Below, piece by piece: positions 8,853 through 16,735 of a stretch of DNA of 64,000 nt. The first letter of the stretch is position 1, and each line of letters starts with the position of its first letter. Under the pieces are notes generated by a model. It ran no database searches. It worked only from the letters and a program-made list of their open reading frames with translations, and was not told where the DNA came from. Source of the DNA: Gemmatimonadota bacterium (GTDB lineage: Bacteria > Gemmatimonadota > Gemmatimonadetes > Longimicrobiales > Gaopeijiaceae); contig JAHEKM010000001.1 in assembly GCA_024638325.1 (NCBI GenBank), forward strand, positions 18,279-82,278, written 5' to 3'. A program made the translations under genes and the position numbers.

Positions 8853-10560
8853 GCGCGGAGCAGCGGAGCTGGAGGCGATCCTGGCCCGGATCGACGGACG
8901 GGGGTACAAGGCGTACAAGACCCTCGAGGGGCCGTGGCGCTACCCGCGATGGGTGCTGCATGTCGACCACGTGCAGGGTGATCCGTACGCCGCTCCCACG
9001 CGGGTGCGTGTGATCCTCGAGCCCGAGGTCGCCGGCCTGGAGCCGTCCGCCTATCGCACCCTTTCGAGGGCGATCGGCACCGCGGCGCACCTCGCCCGCG
9101 CCTTCGCCCGCGCGACCGACGCGGCGTCGAAGTCGCGTGGGACGGGCAAGAGCGGTCAGTTCCGCATGGAGCACCCTGGGCAGAAGGTCATGCGGCAAAC
9201 CGCGGTGCTCGTCGGCTCGTCGGGTCGGGTGGAGGCCCGATTCACGGTGGGGCTCCCGGCCGACGGCCGGCGCGTGAAGGGTCCCGCGGCCGCGGCGATG
9301 ATGACGAACGACGTGCCGAGCCTGGTCGAATCGAGCCTACTCGCTGCCGCGCACGACGCCTCGGACATCGAGCGGTCGGCCGCCACGAACGAGGACGCCG
9401 ACGCCCTTCGCGACATGCTCCGTGCGCTGGAGCTGGTCGCCTTCGTGGGGGAGGGTGCGCTTCTACCTCGTCTCAGCGGAATCGACGACCGCCCACTCCC
9501 CGCGGGGGAGGCCGTACCCTTCCGGTCACCGGAGTCGTTGCGCCTGGAGGTCGAGCTTCCGAACGCGGGTAGGGTGAGCGGAATGGGCGTCGGGGAGGGC
9601 GTCACGCTCATCGTCGGCGGGGGCTTCCACGGAAAGAGCACGCTCCTGCGCGCCCTCGAAGCCGGCGTGTACAACCACCGCCCAGGGGACGGCAGAGAGC
9701 TCGCCGTGTCGCGCACGGATGCCGTGAAGGTCCGGGCGGAGGACGGACGGGCCGTCGCCGGTGTCGATATCTCGGGCTTCATCGACGGGCTGCCGCGGGG
9801 CCGCGACACGCACGCGTTCACTTCATCCAACGCCTCGGGCTCCACCAGCCAGGCCGCCGCGATCGTGGAGGCGCTCGAGGCGGGCTGCCTCCTCCTCCTG
9901 ATCGACGAGGACACGTCCGCCACGAACTTCATGATCCGGGATCGAAGGATGCAGCAACTGGTCCCGTCCGACCGCGAGCCCATCACCCCCTTCGTCGACC
10001 GGGTGCGAGACCTGTACGAGCGCTCCGGCGTGAGCTGCGTTCTCGTCATCGGCGGAAGCGGCGACTATCTGGACGTCGCGGATCGGGTGATCCGCATGGT
10101 CGAGTACGTGCCCGAGGACGCGTCGGAGGAGGCCCGCTCTGTAGCGGCACGCCTCCCCACGGGCCGGACGTCGGAGCGGAGCGGTGCGCCGGCTAGGCCC
10201 GACGTGAGGCGCCTGGTCCGAGGGTCCCTCGATCCGAGCCTACGGCAGCGGGCCGTGTACGTGAGGGTACCCGACGAGCGTACACTTCTCTTCGGCCCCG
10301 AGACGATCGACCTCGTGGCGGTCGAGCAGTTGGTCAGCCGCGCGCAGGTGCGCGCAATCGGGCAGGCGCTCGCCTACGTCGCCGATCTCGTGGCCAGCAA
10401 GGCTCTGGAAGTGCCGGACGCGCTGGACGCCGTGGAGTCGGCGATCCGCGAAGGCGGCCTGGACGCATTGGAGCCGTGGCTCGTCGGCGATCTGGCGGAG
10501 TTCCGTCGCTTCGAGCTGGCTGCTGCCCTGAACCGGATGCGCGCGCTACGGGCGGAGTAA
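8842..10560 (+). CDS. Stand-alone ABC-class ATPase (ABC_ATPase/PF09818-like)
   Basis: IDGRGYKAYK, DHVQGDPYA, Walker A GGGFHGKS, ASGSTSQAA, Walker B LLLIDEDTSATNFMIRD, EPITPF. Confidence 0.88.
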   Translation: MVAERGAAELEAILARIDGRGYKAYKTLEGPWRYPRWVLHVDHVQGDPYAAPTRVRVILEPEVAGLEPSAYRTLSRAIGTAAHLARAFARATDAASKSRGTGKSGQFRMEHPGQKVMRQTAVLVGSSGRVEARFTVGLPADGRRVKGPAAAAMMTNDVPSLVESSLLAAAHDASDIERSAATNEDADALRDMLRALELVAFVGEGALLPRLSGIDDRPLPAGEAVPFRSPESLRLEVELPNAGRVSGMGVGEGVTLIVGGGFHGKSTLLRALEAGVYNHRPGDGRELAVSRTDAVKVRAEDGRAVAGVDISGFIDGLPRGRDTHAFTSSNASGSTSQAAAIVEALEAGCLLLLIDEDTSATNFMIRDRRMQQLVPSDREPITPFVDRVRDLYERSGVSCVLVIGGSGDYLDVADRVIRMVEYVPEDASEEARSVAARLPTGRTSERSGAPARPDVRRLVRGSLDPSLRQRAVYVRVPDERTLLFGPETIDLVAVEQLVSRAQVRAIGQALAYVADLVASKALEVPDALDAVESAIREGGLDALEPWLVGDLAEFRRFELAAALNRMRALRAE

Positions 10561-10606
10561 GCCGGCCCGCCGCAGCGGCGCCGCGGCCCGGGCCGGTGGT
10601 ACGGCT

Positions 10607-10801
10607 CTAGCCCTTCGCCTCGACGTAGCCCTTCTCGACCAGGAGCTCGCGGAGGCGGCCCTCCCGGTTCTGAAGAGTGGTCTTGGAGATCTCCCGGGCG
10701 AACTCGATTCGGTGCACCTCGGAGACCTTGTCGAGGACGGCGATAGGCGCACCGTACCTCAGGAGGATGCGCTTGGCGTCGATGGCAACGGAATCGGACA
10801 C
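10607..10801 (-). CDS. Small hypothetical protein (about 64 aa)
   Basis: Amphipathic ORF VSDSVAIDAKRILLRYGAPI...; GTG start is uncertain. Confidence 0.6.
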   Translation of the reverse strand: MSDSVAIDAKRILLRYGAPIAVLDKVSEVHRIEFAREISKTTLQNREGRLRELLVEKGYVEAKG

Positions 10802-10928
10802 GATGTGGCTCGGAATCGCGGCTGTGGGCCGGGGAACGGTCGGGAAAAAGGCGGCAAACGATAACAAGAGCCGCCCAGGGGGATCCAGGGGGTGCGGCGC
10901 GGCAGGACCTCTGGGGCGGGCCGGACCG

Positions 10929-11366
10929 CTAGTGAAGCGTACCCGGACGCTCCTCGTTGTCCAAGCCCTCTCTGGCCGGCCCCGGAAGCACGAGGGGCCC
11001 GTTCAGGTGGAACCGGGGGACCTCCACCTTGAACTGGTGGCCGTCAGGGCGCGCGAAGGTGTAGTACCCCTCCATGTACCCCGCCGGCGACTGGAGAACG
11101 CAGTAGCTCCGGTACTCGTGGGACTCGCCGGGAGCCAGGAACGGCTGCTCCCCCACGACTCCCTCCCCGTCCACCATCTCGTCGCCCCGGGCGAAGTCGT
11201 GAATCAGCCAGTGTCGGAAGAGCAGCTGCGCCGCCTCCGCGCCCTCGTTGGACATGTTCACGCGATACGAGAACACGAACGTCCCCTCTGACGGAGCGGA
11301 ATCCGCCAGAGAGTACTTCGGCTGCACCCAGATTCGGATGCCCTCGGTCGCTTTCTCGTATCTCAT
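10929..11366 (-). CDS. apaG: ApaG (CorD) protein
   Basis: FVFSYRV, QLLFRHWLI, GEGVVGEQP.L.PGE, CVLQSP.GYMEG.Y. Confidence 0.92.
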   Translation of the reverse strand: MRYEKATEGIRIWVQPKYSLADSAPSEGTFVFSYRVNMSNEGAEAAQLLFRHWLIHDFARGDEMVDGEGVVGEQPFLAPGESHEYRSYCVLQSPAGYMEGYYTFARPDGHQFKVEVPRFHLNGPLVLPGPAREGLDNEERPGTLH

Positions 11367-11504
11367 GGCTCGTGATACACGGCACGTTCCCCAAAGTCAC
11401 AGGCGCGGGAGTGGGCGTGACCCGAGACGCCTCTTCCGCACCCTTGAAACGACGAGGCGCGGTGGCGCGTGACGCAGAAGGGGCGGGAAGGGCTCCCGCC
11501 CGGC

Positions 11505-11984
11505 TCAGCTGGCGTCGAAGACGATGGTGTGGGTGTTCCCGATGCTCCACACGATCGTGCCGCCGAGCACTTCGACGATCGCGTTGTTCAGCGGCGCGTC
11601 GGGTACCGTGATCGACATGCCGACCATGCGGCTCACGTTCGGGTTTCCGGGCAAGCCCGAGGGAAGCGTCTGGTTCTCGAAGTCCAGCTCGTACCCGTCG
11701 CCCTGGAAGGAGAAGCCGTCGACGATGAAGGACGTCAGTTCGGGCGGTACGACACCGCTCCCGACCTCGGCCGGCCACGCGCTCTGATCCGCGTTGTAGT
11801 CGAGCGTCGCCTGCCGGACCACCTGGATGTCCCCGAACACCGCCGTCGCGCGCGCCCGGAAGGTGACGTTCCGCATGTTCGGGATGGCGAGGCCCGCCAG
11901 GATGCCGACGATCGAGACCGCCACGAGGAGCTCGACCAGAGAGAAGCCCCCCCGCTTCGTGTCCATCCGCTGCATGTCTCTCAT
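11505..11984 (-). CDS. Type IV pilin / pseudopilin-like protein
   Basis: Class III signal KRGG|FSLVELLVAVSIVGILAGLAIP; ATG overlaps the upstream stop (ATGA). Confidence 0.85.
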   Translation of the reverse strand: MRDMQRMDTKRGGFSLVELLVAVSIVGILAGLAIPNMRNVTFRARATAVFGDIQVVRQATLDYNADQSAWPAEVGSGVVPPELTSFIVDGFSFQGDGYELDFENQTLPSGLPGNPNVSRMVGMSITVPDAPLNNAIVEVLGGTIVWSIGNTHTIVFDAS

Positions 11985-12502
11985 CCTCCGATCCTTGCGG
12001 ACAATCCAGCCGCGTTGGACGCGCCCCACTCAGCGAGGCTCTGCTGGGCGGAGTTGAACGAAACGGGCTCCCCACCGACATCGGCGTACAGCACGTAACT
12101 GGTACCCTGAGGGGTGTAGTCGAGTCCCAGGTCGGGATTGATCCCCGCCTCGACCAGGTCCCGGGGCAGCCGGCCGTTGTCGATCCGGAACTGCTCGATT
12201 CTCTGGGCTTGCATGTAGATCCCGAAGCGGGTGTTCTCGACCTGTTGCTCGATCGGCGGGGGCGCGATCTGGTTGAGCACGATCCAATCGGGTGACCAGA
12301 TCAGTAGATATGCAGCGAAGACGCCAAGGTTGATTCCCAGCGGAAGAAGCCACTTGGGCTGCTTCTTGGGACCCACCTTCTTCTTGGCCGCCGTATCACG
12401 CTCCTGGGCGTGCTTGATGACGGCCGCGACCGCCTCGGCGGCCTCCTGGCCGCTCGGTGCGTCCTTCGCGTGAAATGGCTTGACTTCGTTGTTTTCGCTC
12501 AT
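11981..12502 (-). CDS. Membrane-anchored hypothetical protein with a pilin/GspG-like C-terminal part
   Basis: One TM (WLLPLGINLGVFAAYLLIW) then IEQFRIDNGRLPRDL, like the GspG/pilin alpha-beta loop; no prepilin cleavage motif. Confidence 0.6.
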   Translation of the reverse strand: MSENNEVKPFHAKDAPSGQEAAEAVAAVIKHAQERDTAAKKKVGPKKQPKWLLPLGINLGVFAAYLLIWSPDWIVLNQIAPPPIEQQVENTRFGIYMQAQRIEQFRIDNGRLPRDLVEAGINPDLGLDYTPQGTSYVLYADVGGEPVSFNSAQQSLAEWGASNAAGLSARIGG

Positions 12503-12612
12503 GCCTTCGAAGGGTTGGACACCCTCTCGGGCGCCGACCGAAGGCGCCGACAGCGTACGGCTCGGCGCTTTGGCGACAAGCCGTCATGGTAATGACGTCT
12601 CAACAGGGAAGA

Positions 12613-12625
12613 TAGGGTTACCCGA
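12613..12625. promoter_or_regulatory. Possible DtxR/MntR-type operator (imperfect palindrome)
   Basis: TAGGGTTACCCGA upstream of the DtxR-family gene; resembles TAGG-N-CCTA boxes of this family. Confidence 0.25.
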
Positions 12626-12669
12626 CGGAAACGGTCGACGTCAACCTCGGCCCACGGTAGCTTCGGGCC

Positions 12670-13350
12670 ATGAGCGCCGGCTCCCTCTCCCGGTCCGTCG
12701 AGGACTACCTCAAGGCCATCTATGCGCTGTGTGAATCGGGCGACCCTGCTTCGACCAGCGCGATTGCGGTAACGCTGGAGATCCAGCCTGCGTCCGTGAC
12801 GGGGATGGTGAAGCGTTTGGCCGAGTCCGGGCTCCTCGAGCACGTGCCCTACAGGGGAGTCAGGCTCACGAGGCGAGGAGAGCGTGAGGCTCTGCGCGTG
12901 GTGCGCCGGCACCGCATCTTGGAGACCTACCTTTGCGAGCGCCTGGACTACTCGTGGGACGACGTGCACGGGGAGGCCGAACGCCTCGAACACGCGGCTT
13001 CGGACGCGCTCATCGAGAAGATGGCCGCGGCGCTGGAGTTTCCGCGGCACGACCCTCACGGTGCGCCGATTCCGACTCGGGGCGGCGACATCGAGTCCAC
13101 GGACCCCGCGACCTTGGCCGATGCGCAACCGGGAGATCGCCTGCGCATACGAGCGGTCAAGGACGAGCACTCTGCGGACCTGCGCTCGATGGCCGCCGAG
13201 GGCCTCGTGCCCGGTGCCAGGGTGTTGGTGACCGAGAGCCAACCGGTCGAGGGCGCGGTCGAGATCAGCCTTTCCGGAGAGGACGACGAGTCCCGTTCAG
13301 TCCAGGACGACCTCGCCCGTCAGATTTACGTGGTGCCGGACGAGCGTTGA
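12670..13350 (+). CDS. DtxR/MntR family metal-dependent repressor with FeoA/SH3 domain
   Basis: EDYLKAIY, SVTGMVKRL, RRHRILETYL, VHGEAERLEH, DPHGAPIP. Confidence 0.93.
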   Translation: MSAGSLSRSVEDYLKAIYALCESGDPASTSAIAVTLEIQPASVTGMVKRLAESGLLEHVPYRGVRLTRRGEREALRVVRRHRILETYLCERLDYSWDDVHGEAERLEHAASDALIEKMAAALEFPRHDPHGAPIPTRGGDIESTDPATLADAQPGDRLRIRAVKDEHSADLRSMAAEGLVPGARVLVTESQPVEGAVEISLSGEDDESRSVQDDLARQIYVVPDER

Positions 13351-13359
13351 CCGGAGGTC

Positions 13360-14283
13360 TCATGGCCCGACGCACGGTGGTGCGACGGACGGGTCGGACG
13401 TGCTGTATACGGTGAAGCTGCGAGTCACCGCAGAGCCGAAGACCCCGGCCCCGTCACCAATCAGGCTTCCCACGCGCACCGCGCCGGACGGATTGAAGTT
13501 CCCGCCCCTGACCCAGTTCGTGTAGTTCCGGTCCACCGCGGTAATCGCCACCTCGGCCTCCGCGTCCTCCGGCAGGCCCCGCTGCAACCGCACTGCGAGG
13601 TCCTGGGCGAGATCGAACCGGTCGAAGATGCCGAGCTCGTTGGGAAACGACACCGTGGTATCCGACTCTGAGATCGAAAGCCCCAACAGATCGACCGTAT
13701 CGGGTGCCTCGATCCCTTCCGAAGCGAGGGCGGCGGGAAGCCCCAGGATGATCGCCTCACTCAGGTACGCCCAGGCGCTGTCGGAGCGCGTCCAAACCAG
13801 CGGCAACCTGGTGTTCGGCGGCAGTCTACATGCGATCGAGATGCCGTCGACATCGAACTGACCGGGGATTCGGGTCTCACCCGAGAGGCTGCGCCCGTCG
13901 GCGAGCACGATCTCCAGCGTCAGGCGCTCGCCTCCCTCGTACCCGCGCGCCGTGATCGCGTCCGCGGCGAAGCACGAGCCGGTGCTGCCCTCCGGACGCA
14001 CCGCCGCGCAGGCGTCGATCGCGGTCAGGCCCATGCTGGCCGCGACGCCGGCGCCATCCGTCACGGTCACCAGTGCATCGTCGTACGTCTGTGTGCTCGG
14101 GGCGGAACCCGGCGCAGTGCCGTGAATGAAGGCGCGCAATCGATTCTCGGGTGGGGTCTCGCCCACCGTCACGTAGACCTCCGCCACGAAGACCTCGGCG
14201 AAGTCGACGAGCTGGACCTCTGTGAGGTCGCAGGCGACCGCGCTGAGGAGTAGGAGGCCCAGGGGCCACACGTGCCTCGGCAT
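13360..14283 (-). CDS. DUF4249-like lipoprotein
   Basis: Lipobox SAVAC; C-terminal GDGAGVFGS; stop/start overlap with the TonB receptor gene. Confidence 0.7.
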   Translation of the reverse strand: MPRHVWPLGLLLLSAVACDLTEVQLVDFAEVFVAEVYVTVGETPPENRLRAFIHGTAPGSAPSTQTYDDALVTVTDGAGVAASMGLTAIDACAAVRPEGSTGSCFAADAITARGYEGGERLTLEIVLADGRSLSGETRIPGQFDVDGISIACRLPPNTRLPLVWTRSDSAWAYLSEAIILGLPAALASEGIEAPDTVDLLGLSISESDTTVSFPNELGIFDRFDLAQDLAVRLQRGLPEDAEAEVAITAVDRNYTNWVRGGNFNPSGAVRVGSLIGDGAGVFGSAVTRSFTVYSTSDPSVAPPCVGP

Positions 14284-16607
14284 CAGAAGGTCACCTCGAG
14301 CCCCACCGTGGGCAGGAAAGGGAACATCGACACGCCGGTGCGTATGGGCGGCGTCGAGTCATACTCGTAGAAGTAGAAGAGCGGATTGCGTTGGTTGTAG
14401 ACGTTCAGGAGACTGATGTAGGGGGTGATGGTCCCCCAACCCTTCACCGACGTCCGCCGCAGGCTGAGATCGAGCCGGTGGTAGATGGGATAGCGCGCCG
14501 CGTTCCGGTCCCCCAACAGCACCGCGTACGAGCTTGGGCCGCTGTCGTCGTCCCCGGCCCACTCCATCGCTTCGCTTCCCACGAAACGGGGCGAGTAGTA
14601 CGCAAAGGACCCGGTCGCCCGCGTGTAGGGGATGCCCGTGCCGAAATTCCAGCGCAGGCCGGCATCCCATCCCCAGATGAACGGGAACTGGAGCACGATG
14701 TCGAGATCGGCGCGCCGATCGAAGATCGGCGGGTACGTAACCTCTGGACGGCCCGGAACGAGCGGATCGGGGAAGGTGCGCTCGGTCTTGAGCAAGGAAA
14801 GCGCCGCCCACCCCGTGAGGGTCCCCGTGTCCTTCCGCAGCAGGAAGTCCATCCCGTACGAGAGGCCGTCACCCCGGAGCAGATCGTCCTGCGGATCGTT
14901 GGTGTCCTCGGCCGCGTTGATCGTCACGACGCCGTCGAACGTCCGGACGTAGCCCTCGACCGACCAGAACCAGTCGATGTCACGGAAGCCCTCGATGCCG
15001 AGCTGGAGCTGATCCGAGATCACATGGGGAGCCTGGTCGCCCGCGAGCACCCAGATGTCGAGACCGAGCGGTAGCTCCTCGTCCCTGATGGAGTGCATGA
15101 ACTGCGTGTATCTGCCCGCCGCCAGCTTGATGGCGACGTCGCCATCGGCGAAGAAGCGCTTCACCGCGAGGCGAGGCGAAACCTCAGCGACCGCGTCCCC
15201 CGGCTCTGGCGTCCAGCCATCGAAGCGCACGCCGGCCTCCACCAGCCACGCGTCGGGCCGCGACCAGCGCGTCTGAGCGTACAGACCCCAGAGGTTGCCC
15301 GTCCCGTTTCCGTTACCGAACTCGGTGCCACCGGTCGCAAAACGGTTTCGGTACGACAAGCGTTCGAAGCTGGCGCCCAACTGCACCGACAGCTGAGCGA
15401 GGGGCCGGGTGTCGAGATCTGCGCGGAGCTGCCCCTGCTGAATGCGGCTGGTGAACTCCGTGTCATCGAAGTCGGGAAACGAGAGGCCGGTGCCGTAGCG
15501 ACTGAAGTTGGCGCGCAGGTCGAGCGAGCCTCCGCCCGGTCGGGGCCGCGTCCAACGGAGGCCCACCAGGTCGTTTCCCCAATCCCAGTCGAGCCGGAGA
15601 GGGAAGTCCTCGTCGTTCACATTCGATAGCGCCAGCACGTCCCGCCCGGAGTACGCCGTGAGCGAGATGCGGTCTCCCGATGGGCTCCACCCTTCCACCA
15701 ACGTCTGGAAGTCCGTGAGGTGGTAGGGGAAGTCGAACCAAGGCTTGGCGACCACGTCGAAGTAGGAGCGCCGCGCCGAAAAGCGGTACCGTATGCTCGA
15801 CTGCCCCAGGGCCCGGGACAGTCCTCCCGGTAGGAGCCCACCAGCGGTGGCTCGACTGGCGAGCAGGGAGACCCCCCCGTCTACGCCGAACGGACGATCG
15901 CCGGCACTGGATTCGACCTCGAGGACCGACGACACCCTGCCGCCGTGCTCTGCCGCGAAGCCACCCGACTGGAGCTCTACGCGGTCGATCATGTCGACGT
16001 TGAAGACCGAGAAGAGCCCACCCAGGTGGAACGGGCTGAACACGGGCACCCCGTCCAACAGGATGAGATTCTGATCCTGCGAGCCGCCGCGCACGTGAAA
16101 CGAGGCCGAGAAGTCGGACGTGGACACGACACCGGGGAGTACCTCGACGGCGCGGATCGGGTCGGCTTCGGCGACGCCCGGCACCGCTCGCAGCTCGTTC
16201 GCGTCGAGCTCGCGCACCGTGGCGCCACCGACCTCCTGGAAGCGGATGCGCTCGCGGCTGGCCGCCGCGCTCACCGAGATGCCCTGGAGCTCCACGGCGG
16301 CGCGCGCCACGGTGACGTCCATGTCCAACGCGCCCTCTGCCGGCACGACCACGGTTTCCGTGTACTCCCCGTACCCGATCCCGATCACACGAAAGACGTA
16401 CGACCCGGCGGCCACCGGCTGGAGCCGAAAGGACCCCAGACGGTCGGTGTTCGCCCCGGTCACCAGAGCCGAGTCCCGCTCCAGCGTGACGATGACGCCC
16501 ACGACGGCGGCACCTTCGTCGTCATGGACGCGCCCCTGTACGGTCCCCTGCTGCGCCTGGAGAGGAGATGCCGCCAAGACCGCGAGCAGCAGCCCGCACG
16601 GGGGCAT
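14283..16607 (-). CDS. TonB-dependent outer-membrane receptor with N-terminal carboxypeptidase-regulatory-like domain
   Basis: Signal peptide; plug LPGVV...VRGGSQDQNLILLDGVPV..PFHLGG.FS; GGRVSSVL; YHRLDL, NVYN; C-terminal Phe. Start uncertain (16607 or 16652). Confidence 0.9.
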   Translation of the reverse strand: MPPCGLLLAVLAASPLQAQQGTVQGRVHDDEGAAVVGVIVTLERDSALVTGANTDRLGSFRLQPVAAGSYVFRVIGIGYGEYTETVVVPAEGALDMDVTVARAAVELQGISVSAAASRERIRFQEVGGATVRELDANELRAVPGVAEADPIRAVEVLPGVVSTSDFSASFHVRGGSQDQNLILLDGVPVFSPFHLGGLFSVFNVDMIDRVELQSGGFAAEHGGRVSSVLEVESSAGDRPFGVDGGVSLLASRATAGGLLPGGLSRALGQSSIRYRFSARRSYFDVVAKPWFDFPYHLTDFQTLVEGWSPSGDRISLTAYSGRDVLALSNVNDEDFPLRLDWDWGNDLVGLRWTRPRPGGGSLDLRANFSRYGTGLSFPDFDDTEFTSRIQQGQLRADLDTRPLAQLSVQLGASFERLSYRNRFATGGTEFGNGNGTGNLWGLYAQTRWSRPDAWLVEAGVRFDGWTPEPGDAVAEVSPRLAVKRFFADGDVAIKLAAGRYTQFMHSIRDEELPLGLDIWVLAGDQAPHVISDQLQLGIEGFRDIDWFWSVEGYVRTFDGVVTINAAEDTNDPQDDLLRGDGLSYGMDFLLRKDTGTLTGWAALSLLKTERTFPDPLVPGRPEVTYPPIFDRRADLDIVLQFPFIWGWDAGLRWNFGTGIPYTRATGSFAYYSPRFVGSEAMEWAGDDDSGPSSYAVLLGDRNAARYPIYHRLDLSLRRTSVKGWGTITPYISLLNVYNQRNPLFYFYEYDSTPPIRTGVSMFPFLPTVGLEVTF

Positions 16608-16735
16608 GGCCACCCTGCACGTCGGGCGGCTTCGGCCGAAATGTCGCTTCAACAGCCCGCCCTCCTCCGATCCGGGACGCTCACTCTACATCACCCGGTG
16701 CAAAACGTTCACACGGCTGCGCCGGCCCGGCTCGC

